Sequence record: SRR31156797_10280
DNA: 41,240 nt
Reading direction: 5' to 3' (one strand)
Shown here: positions 19,889 to 29,561 of the stretch, one piece after another
Numbering within the stretch: the first letter of the stretch is position 1
Layout of the letters: every line of letters begins with the position of its first letter
Translations under genes and position numbers: made by a program
The notes under the pieces: model-generated
Told to the model about the DNA's origin: nothing
Databases searched by the model: none
What the model saw: only the letters and a program-made list of their open reading frames with translations

Positions 19889-20821
19889 ATGTTTGAGTTG
19901 ATAAAACAGGGAACAAAAATTGATTTTATGTCCAAGACCAAGATATTTTTTGCAATATCGGCGGTCTTATTCGTACTCAGCCTCGGCACTGTCGTCTCCA
20001 AAGGTTTTAACTTTGGTATCGATTTCGCAGGCGGTACAATCATCCAGATGAAATTTGAATCTGCTCCTAACGTGGACAAGATCAGAAGCACAGTGGATGA
20101 CCTTAATATAGGTGAGGTTGTTATTCAGAATTTCGGTTCAGAGAATGACATTCTTATCCGTGTTGAAAAATCAGAAGAGGGCGACCTTAACAAAGTCGCT
20201 AATACTATAAAAGCAAGCATGGCTAAGTCTTTTCCTGATAATAATTTTATTGTGGAGAGGGTAGAGCAGGTCGGACCGCAGGTCGGTTCCGAGCTTAAGA
20301 GTAAAGCTTCATACGCTGTGATCTACGCCCTTATCGGTGTTCTGGTCTATGTAGCTTTCAGGTTCCAGCTTGTGTTCGCAGTTGGTGCGGTTTTAGCTAT
20401 TTTCCACGACGTAGTGATTACGCTTGGTATATTTAGTATCACAGGTAAAGAGATCAGCCTAACTATCATCGCTGCGCTCCTTACTATCGTTGGTTACTCG
20501 CTAAACGACACAATTGTTGTGTTCGACCGTATTCGTGAGAACATGCGTGAGGCGAAAGGCGAAACCGGACTTAAGGAGATCATCAACAAGTCGCTAAACG
20601 AGACACTAAGCCGTACTGTGCTTACATCTCTTACAACGCTCCTTGCTGTTGGTGCGCTCTATATATTTGGTGGTGCGGTTATCAACGGGTTTGCGTTTGC
20701 GCTTCTTATCGGTGTGGTTATCGGTACTTACTCTTCTATAGGTATAGCTAGTGCTTTTGTGTACATTCTTACCAAAAATAAGCAAGAGACACAGGATACA
20801 GCGGTAGCAGAAACTAAGTAA
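19889..20821 (+). CDS. secF: Protein translocase subunit SecF
   Basis: GIDFAGG, VGPQVG, HDV, GYSLNDTIVVFDRIRE, GTYSS. Confidence 0.98.
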   Translation: MFELIKQGTKIDFMSKTKIFFAISAVLFVLSLGTVVSKGFNFGIDFAGGTIIQMKFESAPNVDKIRSTVDDLNIGEVVIQNFGSENDILIRVEKSEEGDLNKVANTIKASMAKSFPDNNFIVERVEQVGPQVGSELKSKASYAVIYALIGVLVYVAFRFQLVFAVGAVLAIFHDVVITLGIFSITGKEISLTIIAALLTIVGYSLNDTIVVFDRIRENMREAKGETGLKEIINKSLNETLSRTVLTSLTTLLAVGALYIFGGAVINGFAFALLIGVVIGTYSSIGIASAFVYILTKNKQETQDTAVAETK

Positions 20822-20850
20822 ATTTAAGCTTAAAGTTTAGATATATACAG

Positions 20851-20878
20851 AAGGGGGCTAGTTTTAGCTCCCTTTTTT
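20851..20878 (+). terminator. Intrinsic terminator after secF
   Basis: AAGGGGGCTAG-TT-TTAGCTCCCTT followed by a T run. Confidence 0.75.
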
Positions 20879-20934
20879 ATTCAATATTACGATTGGTTCA
20901 TGAGAAATCCTTAAACATTGATTAGTTATAGCCT

Positions 20935-20976
20935 GAGATCATCACGTCAGAAATAGAATTTCTTACTCATTGTGAT
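20935..20976 (-). repeat. Degenerate half copy of REP-like family A
   Basis: Minus strand ATCACAATGAG-[AGAAAT..ATTTCT hairpin]-GACGTGATGATCTC matches the left arm of 16777-16815. Confidence 0.45.
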
Positions 20977-21034
20977 AGGATTCAGTGACCAGCGGGAACG
21001 GTAAGGTTATTAAGTACAGAAAACTTATAAAACT

Positions 21035-21063
21035 TTGTGATATGCCTGCCGGTGCTGACCGGC
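21035..21063 (-). repeat. Repeat family B terminus (copy 4) with preceding hairpin
   Basis: Minus strand GCCGGT-CAGC-ACCGGC then AGGCATATCACAA, starting at the stop codon of the DUF151 gene. Confidence 0.55.
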
Positions 21064-21539
21064 TAGCCGTGCCAGAAGGTGGCTGAGTGGTCGCTTATGA
21101 GTGAATCGAGTGTTTTGGAATCGAGAGCGCTTATACAGGTTTTGTCCACACACTTTTGCTCAAGTATTTCGTCTTCTACATAGATAGGGACGTCCATTCG
21201 AAGTGCAAGAGAGACAGCGTCCGTAGGTCGGCAGTCTATCTGTTTCTCTTCTTTATTGCAGTTAACAAAAACGCTCGCCTTATAAACGCCGTCTTCGAAC
21301 CTGTCAACGACAACTCTGTCGATGTTTACTTCGTCTAAAAAGCTGATTATGCCGCTGATGAAATCGTATGTCATAGGTCTTGGGGATTGGATTTTGTTAA
21401 GGATACAGTAGATAGATTCTGCCTCGAAATCGCCGATATACACAGGAACCATGTAGTGACCGCAAAGTGTTTCGAGTACAAGTATGTATCTTGACGTTAA
21501 TGGCTCTTTTATTACGCATTTAGCAGACGTTTCAATCAT
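21063..21539 (-). CDS. Bifunctional nuclease family protein (DUF151)
   Basis: PVYIG..EA, RPMTYD, IDCRPTDAVSLALR..PIYV. Confidence 0.9.
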   Translation of the reverse strand: MIETSAKCVIKEPLTSRYILVLETLCGHYMVPVYIGDFEAESIYCILNKIQSPRPMTYDFISGIISFLDEVNIDRVVVDRFEDGVYKASVFVNCNKEEKQIDCRPTDAVSLALRMDVPIYVEDEILEQKCVDKTCISALDSKTLDSLISDHSATFWHG

Positions 21540-21614
21540 TCGACAATCCCTCGCTATATCTCATTGACACCTTATAACATAATTCCGTAGCTTATGACCG
21601 CAATAGGAAATTTG

Positions 21615-22088
21615 CTATTTATTAAAGCTGTTCGCTACTACATCGAGCTCTTTCGCTGAGAGCGGACCGACTATGATGTCGAAAAGCTTGCCGTCAGGCT
21701 TGTAAATGATGTTTGTAGGGATGGTTTGTATGCCGTACTTAGAGCCTAGAGCACCGTCTGCGTGGTATACAGGATAGGTTACGCCAAACTCTTTCATATA
21801 CTTATCTACATCAGCCTTCTTCTTATCTACAGAGAGACCGATGATTACAAAACCTTTATCTTTATATTTGTTATAAGCTTCAACGAAGTCGGGTGTTTCA
21901 CCACGGCAGGGCGGGCACCACGATGCGAAGAAATTCACTATCATAGTTTTCCCTTGATGCTCTTCTTTCAACTGATCGATAAATCCGACTGTAACTGATT
22001 CTATCTTCGAAGCTTCCTGAGTGCTTTTATCGCCGCCGCAGGAAACTGCCATAATCATTATAAAAAGTGCCACTACTAATCTTTTCAT
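21615..22088 (-). CDS. TlpA-family thiol:disulfide oxidoreductase, lipoprotein
   Basis: Lipobox AVSC, NFFASWCPPC..E.P, cis-Pro motif IPT. Confidence 0.9.
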   Translation of the reverse strand: MKRLVVALFIMIMAVSCGGDKSTQEASKIESVTVGFIDQLKEEHQGKTMIVNFFASWCPPCRGETPDFVEAYNKYKDKGFVIIGLSVDKKKADVDKYMKEFGVTYPVYHADGALGSKYGIQTIPTNIIYKPDGKLFDIIVGPLSAKELDVVANSFNK

Positions 22089-22153
22089 ATTTTATCTCCC
22101 CTATTTAAGGTTAAAATTATACTATGCAAATAAGCATATGTTTTCAATGAGTT

Positions 22154-23038
22154 TTATAGATAAGTATCAATTTTTTCGAAAAAATCTCCACGCTCGACAT
22201 CTAAAATCTTAAAAGCATCATCTGTTTCGCAAACATTTCCCTCGGTTAACATAATGAACTGGTCACGTGTGATAGGAAACCAGTCAGTTTTTCCGAGAAG
22301 TGATATACCCATGCTTATCGCGAATTCAGGCACAGGGAGAAGGATCATATTTTTACCAATCGCTTTGCCTACGAGCTTGAGAACTTCTTTATAGGTATAG
22401 TTATTAGCACCGCAGAGAGGATATATCATTCCTTTGGTTGCATCATTATCGATAGTTTTAACAAAACATTCAGCAACTTCGTCAACATGTATCGGAGCCA
22501 TAGGGTATGAGCCATCACCAAAATAGGAAAATACTGGTGTCTTTCTCATATAGCCCACAAGCATGTTTATGAACGAGTCCCCTTCGCCGTAGATGAGTGA
22601 TGGGCGCAGGATAGTATAGTCCAGATTATTGCTTCTGACCTCATCCTCAGCGAGCTGTTTTGTTATGTGGTAACGGCTGACAGCTCCGTGCCTTGTGCCG
22701 TTTGCAGACATTTGTATGAAACGCTTAACACCACTTTCTGATGCCGCCTCTGCGATATTTTTAGTCGCTTCGTAGTGGAGTTTTTCAAAGGTAATCCCCC
22801 TTGAAGGAAATTCTCTGATGATGCCGACAAGGTTTATCACAGCGTAAACATCTTCAAGAGCTTTAAGGAGGCATTCTTTGTCCAGGATATCGCCGAAGAC
22901 TACTTCTGTCTCATGCTGGAGCTTTGCCTCGCTCCCCTTACGAACAAGGGATACAGGTGCGTATCCGTGTTTATTGAGTGCCTTTAGAACCGCATTACCT
23001 ACAAAACCAGTTGCGCCGGTGACCAGTACTTTTTTCAT
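22154..23038 (-). CDS. NAD(P)-binding atypical SDR (complex I NDUFA9-like)
   Basis: TGATGFVG, NLVGII, MSANG, YHITK, RPSLIYG. Confidence 0.88.
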   Translation of the reverse strand: MKKVLVTGATGFVGNAVLKALNKHGYAPVSLVRKGSEAKLQHETEVVFGDILDKECLLKALEDVYAVINLVGIIREFPSRGITFEKLHYEATKNIAEAASESGVKRFIQMSANGTRHGAVSRYHITKQLAEDEVRSNNLDYTILRPSLIYGEGDSFINMLVGYMRKTPVFSYFGDGSYPMAPIHVDEVAECFVKTIDNDATKGMIYPLCGANNYTYKEVLKLVGKAIGKNMILLPVPEFAISMGISLLGKTDWFPITRDQFIMLTEGNVCETDDAFKILDVERGDFFEKIDTYL

Positions 23039-23049
23039 AGTTATCTCCG

Positions 23050-23718
23050 TCAGATTACCTGTTCGCGTTTAAAGCTGAAGAAACCTTTTTTGCTGATAAT
23101 AATATGATCAGCGAGATTTATATCAAGTGCGCCTAGCGCCTGAGTCAGCTTATCTGTCAGTTCTATATCGTCCCCGGAAGGTTTCAGCCCTCCTGATGGA
23201 TGATTGTGTGAGACGATCACATGTGTAGCTTTCAGCTCTATAGCTTTCTGGGCTATCTCTCTCGGATAGACAGCCATCCTGTCCACCGTACCTTTAGAGA
23301 CTGTCGCAACACCTACAAGCTTTTTATTGATATCGAGGAAGAGTGCTATAAAGTGTTCTTTGTCGCTGTAGCCTATTTTATTTTTAAGGTAGGCGACCGC
23401 TTTCTCAGGCTTGTCTATCATCACAGCGTCACGCTCAAGCTCTTCGAAGCCTATGCGGGTGAACATCTCTCTGAGCGCATCAAAGAATATCTGCGCCTCA
23501 CTGCCGAGACCTTTCACTTTTGTCGGATCGAAGCCGAGTATCGCACTAAGCTCTCCTGCCTTATCAAGAAGCTCTTTAGCCTGAGGCTTAACATCACGCC
23601 CACGCAGGACATAGCCTAAGAGAAGCTCAAGAAGCTCATAGTCGTAAAGTGATTCCGGCTCCTTTTGAAACCGTTTTTTCAGCCGGTCTCTGTGACCGTG
23701 ATAATGTTCTTTAGCCAT
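23050..23718 (-). CDS. radC: RadC / UPF0758 JAB-domain protein
   Basis: GHRDRLK, YELLELLL, VYPREI, HNHPSG...S..D, DHIII. True start most likely MAKEHY at 23718. Confidence 0.93.
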   Translation of the reverse strand: MAKEHYHGHRDRLKKRFQKEPESLYDYELLELLLGYVLRGRDVKPQAKELLDKAGELSAILGFDPTKVKGLGSEAQIFFDALREMFTRIGFEELERDAVMIDKPEKAVAYLKNKIGYSDKEHFIALFLDINKKLVGVATVSKGTVDRMAVYPREIAQKAIELKATHVIVSHNHPSGGLKPSGDDIELTDKLTQALGALDINLADHIIISKKGFFSFKREQVI

Positions 23719-23723
23719 GAACA

Positions 23724-23752
23724 AATATAACAGGGCGGATAATTGGTGTAAA
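23724..23752 (-). promoter_or_regulatory. sigma70 promoter of radC, probably leaderless
   Basis: TTTACA-17-TATATT with extended TG, 5 nt before the ATG, no SD. Confidence 0.55.
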
Positions 23753-23861
23753 CAAGCTTTATAAACTCTTAATAATTGATATACAACTTGCATTTTGTGG
23801 GGATTTTAATATTATCAAAATAGCCGTTAATTTCGATGGCACTATACACGAGGTTAGATAT

Positions 23862-24164
23862 ATGTTCGGACTGGGAATGTCAGAGATAATCCTTATCATG
23901 GCTGTGGCACTTATCGTCATAGGCCCTAAAAAGCTTCCAGAGGTTGCTAAGGGGATGGGTAAAGGATATGCTGAATTTAAGAAATATATGACAGATTTTA
24001 AAGAGGCAGTTAATATTGACTTAGATGCGGAGCCGAAGAAACCTACACCTAAGAAGGCGAATGCTGATGATCTTTATGATGAACACTATAAGGATGTTAC
24101 AAAAGCAGAACCTGAAGAGGAAAAGGGAGAAAAAGCTGATGATAAGGTGAAAGAGGATGCCTAA
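23862..24164 (+). CDS. tatB: Sec-independent translocase subunit TatB (TatA/B family)
   Basis: MFGLGMSE...IGPKKLP (E8 and GP hinge are TatB-like), upstream of tatC. Confidence 0.8.
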   Translation: MFGLGMSEIILIMAVALIVIGPKKLPEVAKGMGKGYAEFKKYMTDFKEAVNIDLDAEPKKPTPKKANADDLYDEHYKDVTKAEPEEEKGEKADDKVKEDA

Positions 24165-24939
24165 AGATAACGAGCAGGATGTAAATGAACAAGGTGTAGA
24201 GTCGGCGCTGCCACTTACTACTCACCTTGAAGAGCTTCGTAAAAGATTAATAAGGGTGCTTATTGTTCTTGTTGTTGTGTTCTGTGGTGTTTATTCGCAG
24301 AGCCAGATTTTCATGGACTTCATCACAGCACCTATAGTTCCTATACTTCCGGAAAACTCTACAATGGCTATACTTAAGCTGACTGAGGGTTTTTTTACAG
24401 AGCTTAAACTTTCTGCAATTATTGCAGTGTTTTTTAGTATGCCGATCATCTTTTATCAGGGTTGGAAGTTTATCGCTCCGGGGCTTTACGCTCAGGAGAA
24501 GAAGTATGTGTTTTCCTTTGTACTGATGTCGTCGGTGCTCTTTTTTCTCGGTGCGGCATTTGCATACTATGTTGTTTTCCCTTTCGGTTTCGAATTTTTT
24601 CTTCAGTACGCTGAAGGTTATGTGACAGCAAACCTGTCTATACAGTGGTATCTTAGCTTTGTTACAAGGCTTATTATGGCTTTCGGGCTGGTTTTTGAGA
24701 TGCCTGTATTTGTCCTTTTCCTGGCTAAGATGGGGCTTGTTACAGCGCAGATGATGAGAAAGCACCGCAGGTACGCTTACTTTGGTATTATAGTCTTTTC
24801 GGCTATTCTGACACCTCCGGATGTTTTCACACAGCTTATGATGTCAGGTCCTATGGTAATCCTTTATGAGTTCAGCGTTATAATCGCAAAAGTTTTTGGA
24901 CGCAAAAGGGAGATAAAAGAAGAAGACGTTTATGCATAA
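24157..24939 (+). CDS. tatC: Sec-independent translocase subunit TatC
   Basis: HLEELRKRL, FIAPGLY..EK, FEMP, TPPD. Confidence 0.97.
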   Translation: MPKDNEQDVNEQGVESALPLTTHLEELRKRLIRVLIVLVVVFCGVYSQSQIFMDFITAPIVPILPENSTMAILKLTEGFFTELKLSAIIAVFFSMPIIFYQGWKFIAPGLYAQEKKYVFSFVLMSSVLFFLGAAFAYYVVFPFGFEFFLQYAEGYVTANLSIQWYLSFVTRLIMAFGLVFEMPVFVLFLAKMGLVTAQMMRKHRRYAYFGIIVFSAILTPPDVFTQLMMSGPMVILYEFSVIIAKVFGRKREIKEEDVYA

Positions 24940-25921
24940 AAATATGAAAGATAGGTTCGGCAGAGAGATCAGATACCTGAGAGTCTCTGTCACTGATAGA
25001 TGTAATTTCAAATGCAAATACTGTATGCCTAATGACAATTTTCAATGTATCCCACACGAAAACATCCTCTCATACGAAGAGATGCTTTTCGCTATCAATG
25101 TTTTTACCTCACTTGGGGTGCAGAAGGTTCGTGTGACAGGCGGTGAGCCTCTTGTGCGAAAAAATGTAGGCGAATTTCTCACTAATCTCGGCAAGATCGA
25201 CGGGCTTGAGGAAGTGACACTTACTACTAATGGCGCACTCCTGAAAAAATATACTGACGAGATCAAAGCGGCTGGTATCAGGCGTATTAATGTCAGCCTC
25301 GATTCCCTTAAAGACGAACGCTTTAAAGATATTACCGGCGGATTTAATCTTGAGACTATCATCGATGGTATTAAGCACGCCCAGAGGAACGGCATAGGTC
25401 CTGTTAAAACCAATATGGTAGTCATAAAGGGTTATAACGACGACGAAATTTTGGATTTTTGCGAATTTTCAGCTAAGAATAAAATTATTACAAGATTTAT
25501 AGAGTTCATGCCGGTTGGTAATTTCAATGAGTGGAAGGAAGAGAACATCATGCTTGGGGAAGATATTCTTAATATTATCAAGTCTAAGTATGGGGTTACA
25601 GAGGTACGGAAAGCGAAGCTCGGCGGTCCTGCTAGAAACTATGAGCTGGATAATGGTGCAGCGATAGGTATAATAACACCAATCTCAAACCACTTTTGCA
25701 ATGACTGCGATAAGCTGAGGCTCACTTCAGACGGAAAGCTCCGTCCGTGTCTACTCTCTGATCAGGAGATCGACCTCGTTCCTGCTATTAAAGCGGGTGA
25801 TAAAGAGGGGCTGATAAAGCTTATTGCTGATGGTCTGAATATAAAAGATGAAGAACACAAGGTGCTTTCGGAGAAGAGAGATGACGGATACAAACGAACC
25901 ATGCACAAGATCGGAGGCTGA
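24932..25921 (+). CDS. moaA: GTP 3',8-cyclase (molybdenum cofactor biosynthesis)
   Basis: YLRVSVTDRCNFKCKYC, TGGEP, RFIEFMP, second cluster CNDC...PC, C-terminal IGG. Start 24932 or 24944. Confidence 0.97.
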   Translation: MHKNMKDRFGREIRYLRVSVTDRCNFKCKYCMPNDNFQCIPHENILSYEEMLFAINVFTSLGVQKVRVTGGEPLVRKNVGEFLTNLGKIDGLEEVTLTTNGALLKKYTDEIKAAGIRRINVSLDSLKDERFKDITGGFNLETIIDGIKHAQRNGIGPVKTNMVVIKGYNDDEILDFCEFSAKNKIITRFIEFMPVGNFNEWKEENIMLGEDILNIIKSKYGVTEVRKAKLGGPARNYELDNGAAIGIITPISNHFCNDCDKLRLTSDGKLRPCLLSDQEIDLVPAIKAGDKEGLIKLIADGLNIKDEEHKVLSEKRDDGYKRTMHKIGG

Positions 25922-25922
25922 T

Positions 25923-27176
25923 TTGAAGATAGCTTACGGTGCTGAACATATAGATATAAATCTTAGTAAGCCTGCTGATGTGATCGAAATTAAGGCGGAT
26001 AAACCTGAGATGACAGACGAGCAGATAATGAAAACACTTGAAGGTGAAGGTGTTTACAGCTTCGGGATTAATGAGATTATCGAAGATGCTGAAAAGATTT
26101 TGCTTATCCTCCCTGATGGCACACGAAAGTCAGGTGCGGAGCGTTTCCTCTCCCGGATAATAAATAAAATAGAAGCTCAGGGTAAAGATTTTAGCCTTAT
26201 TGTCGCAGTTGGGACACACAGACAGCCTACAGAGGATGAACTTAAAACTATATTTACACCTGAGATTTACGACAAATATAAAGATAAACTGATCGAGCAC
26301 GACTGCGAAAATTATGACGAGATGGACTTTTACGGTGTTACTAAGCGCAAGACAACTATCCTCATAAATAAGGCTTATCGTGAGCACGATACAATCGTAA
26401 CAATTGGCTCTGTGAGTTATCACTATTTCGCTGGATACGGCGGTGGTCGTAAGCTCATTGTGCCGGGGCTTGCATCTAAAAAGACAATAATGAGCAACCA
26501 TAAGCTCGCCCTGAATACACTTTCAAGACAGCGTGACGATAAAGCAGTGACAGGCAACATGAAACATAACCCAGTTAATGACGACCTTGTTGAGATGGTG
26601 ATGATATCACGCTCGGCACATACGTTTTTTGCTGTTAATACTCTGTTAGGAAGTGCTGGCGAGGTGATAGATATGGTCTGCGGTGACATTTTCATGTCTC
26701 ATATGCAGGCTGCTGACAGGCTTGATGAAATATCTGCTGTAGCTACTTCTAAGAAGTATGATGTGGTTTATCTCTCAGCAGGCGGCTCACCGAAAGATAT
26801 AAATATGGTGCAGGCACAGAAGTCACTTGATAGAGTTACTCCTCTCCTTAATGAAGGGGCTAAAGTGGTATTTTTCGCTGAGTGCGCAGATGGTTACGGA
26901 AATAGCTATTTTGAAGAATTTTTCGACAGGGATTCTGCTGATGTTATGCTGGCTGAACTTCTTGACGATTATCAGATCAATAGACAGACAGCTTACAACC
27001 TTCGCTCAAACCTTGAGAAATTTGAAGTATACCTGTATTCTGAATTTGATAAGGCGGCTTGCGACAGGATGGGTTTTAAGAAATTAACTAACATAGACGA
27101 AGCAGTAAAGCTTGCGGACGGCGTAGAGGGTGTGGCTTTCATCCCGCAGGCTGATAATATATATCCGGCTAAGTGA
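25923..27176 (+). CDS. LarA-superfamily nickel-pincer-dependent racemase/epimerase (DUF2088)
   Basis: PDGTR, GTHR, H.FAGYGGGRK..VPG, NH, QAQK motifs. TTG start at 25923 preceded by GGAGG inside the moaA end. Confidence 0.85.
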   Translation: MKIAYGAEHIDINLSKPADVIEIKADKPEMTDEQIMKTLEGEGVYSFGINEIIEDAEKILLILPDGTRKSGAERFLSRIINKIEAQGKDFSLIVAVGTHRQPTEDELKTIFTPEIYDKYKDKLIEHDCENYDEMDFYGVTKRKTTILINKAYREHDTIVTIGSVSYHYFAGYGGGRKLIVPGLASKKTIMSNHKLALNTLSRQRDDKAVTGNMKHNPVNDDLVEMVMISRSAHTFFAVNTLLGSAGEVIDMVCGDIFMSHMQAADRLDEISAVATSKKYDVVYLSAGGSPKDINMVQAQKSLDRVTPLLNEGAKVVFFAECADGYGNSYFEEFFDRDSADVMLAELLDDYQINRQTAYNLRSNLEKFEVYLYSEFDKAACDRMGFKKLTNIDEAVKLADGVEGVAFIPQADNIYPAK

Positions 27177-27185
27177 TGGTGTGAA

Positions 27186-28136
27186 ATGAAAAGAATTTTA
27201 GTGACAGGCGGAGCAGGTTTTTTAGGGAGTCACCTTTGTGAAAGGCTTCTTGAGCAGGGGAATGAAGTCCTTTGTGTTGATAATCTGTTTACCAGCAGAA
27301 AAGATAACATCAAGATGTTGCTTGATAATAAAGATTTCGAGTTTCTGAGGCACGACGTGACCTTCCCACTCTCTGTTGAGGTGGACGAGATTTATAATCT
27401 TGCGTGTCCGGCGAGTCCGATACATTACCAGTTTGACCCTGTGCAGACGACTAAGACATCTGTTATGGGTGCGATAAATATGCTTGGGCTTGCTAAAAGG
27501 CTCAAGGCTCCTATACTTCAGGCGAGCACGTCTGAGGTTTACGGTGACCCAGAGATTCATCCTCAGCCTGAGAACTATAACGGTTCAGTTAACCCTATTG
27601 GTGTAAGAGCTTGTTACGATGAAGGTAAACGTTGCGCTGAGACTCTCTTTTTTGATTATAAGCGTCAGCACGATCTTGATATTAAAGTTGTAAGAATATT
27701 TAACACTTACGGCCCGAAGATGCACCCGCAGGACGGACGTGTGGTGAGCAATTTTATAATGCAGGCACTTCGCAGCGAGGATATTACTATTTATGGTGAC
27801 GGGAAGCAGACAAGAAGCTTCTGCTATGTTGATGATATGGTTAGCGGCTTTATTAAGATGATGGCTAAACCGCACGGTTTTACAGGACCTGTGAACCTTG
27901 GGAACCCTAATGAATTTACAATTTTACAACTTGCTGAACTTGTTATAAAGATTATCGGAAATAAAAATAACATAATTTTCAAAAGTCTGCCTCAGGATGA
28001 CCCTATGCAGAGGAAACCGGATATCACTCTTGCTAAAAAGGAGCTCGACTGGGAACCGGGCGTTATGCTTGAGCAGGGGCTGGTAAAAACCATTGAGTAT
28101 TTTGATAAACTACTCAGAGAAAAAGGTGTTGATTAA
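27186..28136 (+). CDS. UDP-glucuronic acid decarboxylase (UDP-xylose synthase) family
   Basis: [53 protein letters not shown]. Confidence 0.93.
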   Translation: MKRILVTGGAGFLGSHLCERLLEQGNEVLCVDNLFTSRKDNIKMLLDNKDFEFLRHDVTFPLSVEVDEIYNLACPASPIHYQFDPVQTTKTSVMGAINMLGLAKRLKAPILQASTSEVYGDPEIHPQPENYNGSVNPIGVRACYDEGKRCAETLFFDYKRQHDLDIKVVRIFNTYGPKMHPQDGRVVSNFIMQALRSEDITIYGDGKQTRSFCYVDDMVSGFIKMMAKPHGFTGPVNLGNPNEFTILQLAELVIKIIGNKNNIIFKSLPQDDPMQRKPDITLAKKELDWEPGVMLEQGLVKTIEYFDKLLREKGVD

Positions 28137-29467
28137 TGAATATATCAGTAGTAGGAACAGGATATGTTGGACTGGTGACGGGTACATGTTTCGCTGAGAT
28201 GGGTAATCATGTCATATGTGTAGATGTGAACGAAGAGAAGATAACAAAGCTTAAAGAGGGGATTATCCCCATTTATGAACCTGGCCTTGAAAGGCTGGTG
28301 ATAGATAATTACAAGGCTGACAGGCTCAGCTTTACAACAGATATAAAGTCCGCACTTGATGTTGCGGATATCTGCTTCATCGCTGTTGGAACACCTATGG
28401 GTGAGGACGGGAGTGCCGATCTTCAATATGTGCTTGCTGTTGCAGAGGAAATCGGCAAACATATGACCAAACATACTTACATTATAAATAAGTCTACTGT
28501 GCCGGTAGGAACTGCTGATAAGGTTCGCGAGGCTGTTAGTAAGGTACTCGCTGAGCGGGGTGTTGATCTTACTTTTGATGTCATTTCTAACCCTGAGTTC
28601 CTTAAAGAAGGCGCCGCAGTCAGTGACTTTATGAAGCCTGACAGGGTTGTTGTAGGTATAGATAACGAAGAAGCTCTTGAGGTTATGAAGGAGCTTTATT
28701 CGCCATTTACAGTTAATCACGAAAGATTTATCTCTATGGATGTGCGTTCATCTGAGATGACAAAATATGCTGCAAATTCTATGCTCGCTACTAAGATTTC
28801 CTTTATGAACGAAATTGCAAACATTTGTGAGCTTGTAGGGGCGAACGTAAATAAGGTAAGGATTGGTATAGGCAGTGACTCACGTATTGGCTATAGCTTT
28901 ATATATCCTGGTTGTGGATACGGCGGAAGCTGTTTCCCTAAGGATGTTCAGGCGCTTGTCAAAACTGCTAAGCTTAACGGTTACGAACCTAAGATTCTCC
29001 AGTCAGTAGAGGAAGTTAATTTTAACCAGAAGAAGAGCATACCTAAAAAGATATTTAAAAGATTCGGCGAAGACCTCACAGGCATGACATTTGCAATTTG
29101 GGGGCTTTCATTCAAACCTGAGACAGATGATATGCGTGACGCCGCATCTATTACGATTATAAAAGACCTTGTAGCGAAAGGTGCAAAGGTTAAGGTTTAC
29201 GACCCGAAAGCTTTCCACGAAGCTCAGACTTGCTATCTGAAAGATGTCGATGGGATAGAGTATGTGGATAGTAAATATACTGCCCTTAACGGCTGTGAGG
29301 CTATGGTACTCGTTACTGAGTGGAAAGAATTCAGAAGCCCCGACTTTGATGAAATAAAAAAGAGGCTTAAGAATCCTATAATATTTGATGGTCGTAACCA
29401 GTACAGCAGAAGAAAACTTGCTGATATGGATTTCGAATATTTTCAGGTCGGTGTCCAGCCTAAATAG
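28136..29467 (+). CDS. ugd: UDP-glucose 6-dehydrogenase
   Basis: GTGYVGL, KSTVPVGT, SNPEFLKEG, GYGGSCFPKD, FKPETDDMR, DGRN. Confidence 0.95.
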   Translation: MNISVVGTGYVGLVTGTCFAEMGNHVICVDVNEEKITKLKEGIIPIYEPGLERLVIDNYKADRLSFTTDIKSALDVADICFIAVGTPMGEDGSADLQYVLAVAEEIGKHMTKHTYIINKSTVPVGTADKVREAVSKVLAERGVDLTFDVISNPEFLKEGAAVSDFMKPDRVVVGIDNEEALEVMKELYSPFTVNHERFISMDVRSSEMTKYAANSMLATKISFMNEIANICELVGANVNKVRIGIGSDSRIGYSFIYPGCGYGGSCFPKDVQALVKTAKLNGYEPKILQSVEEVNFNQKKSIPKKIFKRFGEDLTGMTFAIWGLSFKPETDDMRDAASITIIKDLVAKGAKVKVYDPKAFHEAQTCYLKDVDGIEYVDSKYTALNGCEAMVLVTEWKEFRSPDFDEIKKRLKNPIIFDGRNQYSRRKLADMDFEYFQVGVQPK

Positions 29468-29509
29468 TATATTATAAGAACTTTATAAGTTTAATTACGT
29501 TACTAATAG

Positions 29510-29545
29510 AAAAGCCTCTGTGTTCGTTGCACAGGGGCTTTTTTT
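29510..29545 (+). terminator. Intrinsic terminator after ugd, overlapping the cysD -35 box
   Basis: AAAAGCCTCTGTG-loop-CACAGGGGCTTTT plus T run. Confidence 0.8.
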
Positions 29546-29555
29546 GATATAAACT
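29527..29555 (+). promoter_or_regulatory. sigma70 promoter of cysD, probably leaderless
   Basis: TTGCAC-17-TAAACT, 6 nt before ATG 29562, no SD. Confidence 0.6.
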
Positions 29556-29561
29556 ATCTTC

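Noticed and set aside
23050-23793. radC as a mobile-element marker, and the 247-aa extended start
   Set aside because: It is the full-length chromosomal type among housekeeping genes. The extension overlaps promoter-like sequence, so the start was moved to 23718.
25848-25922. 74-nt overlap of the LarA-like ORF with moaA
   Set aside because: An in-frame TTG at 25923 with a GGAGG SD gives a normal coupled start.
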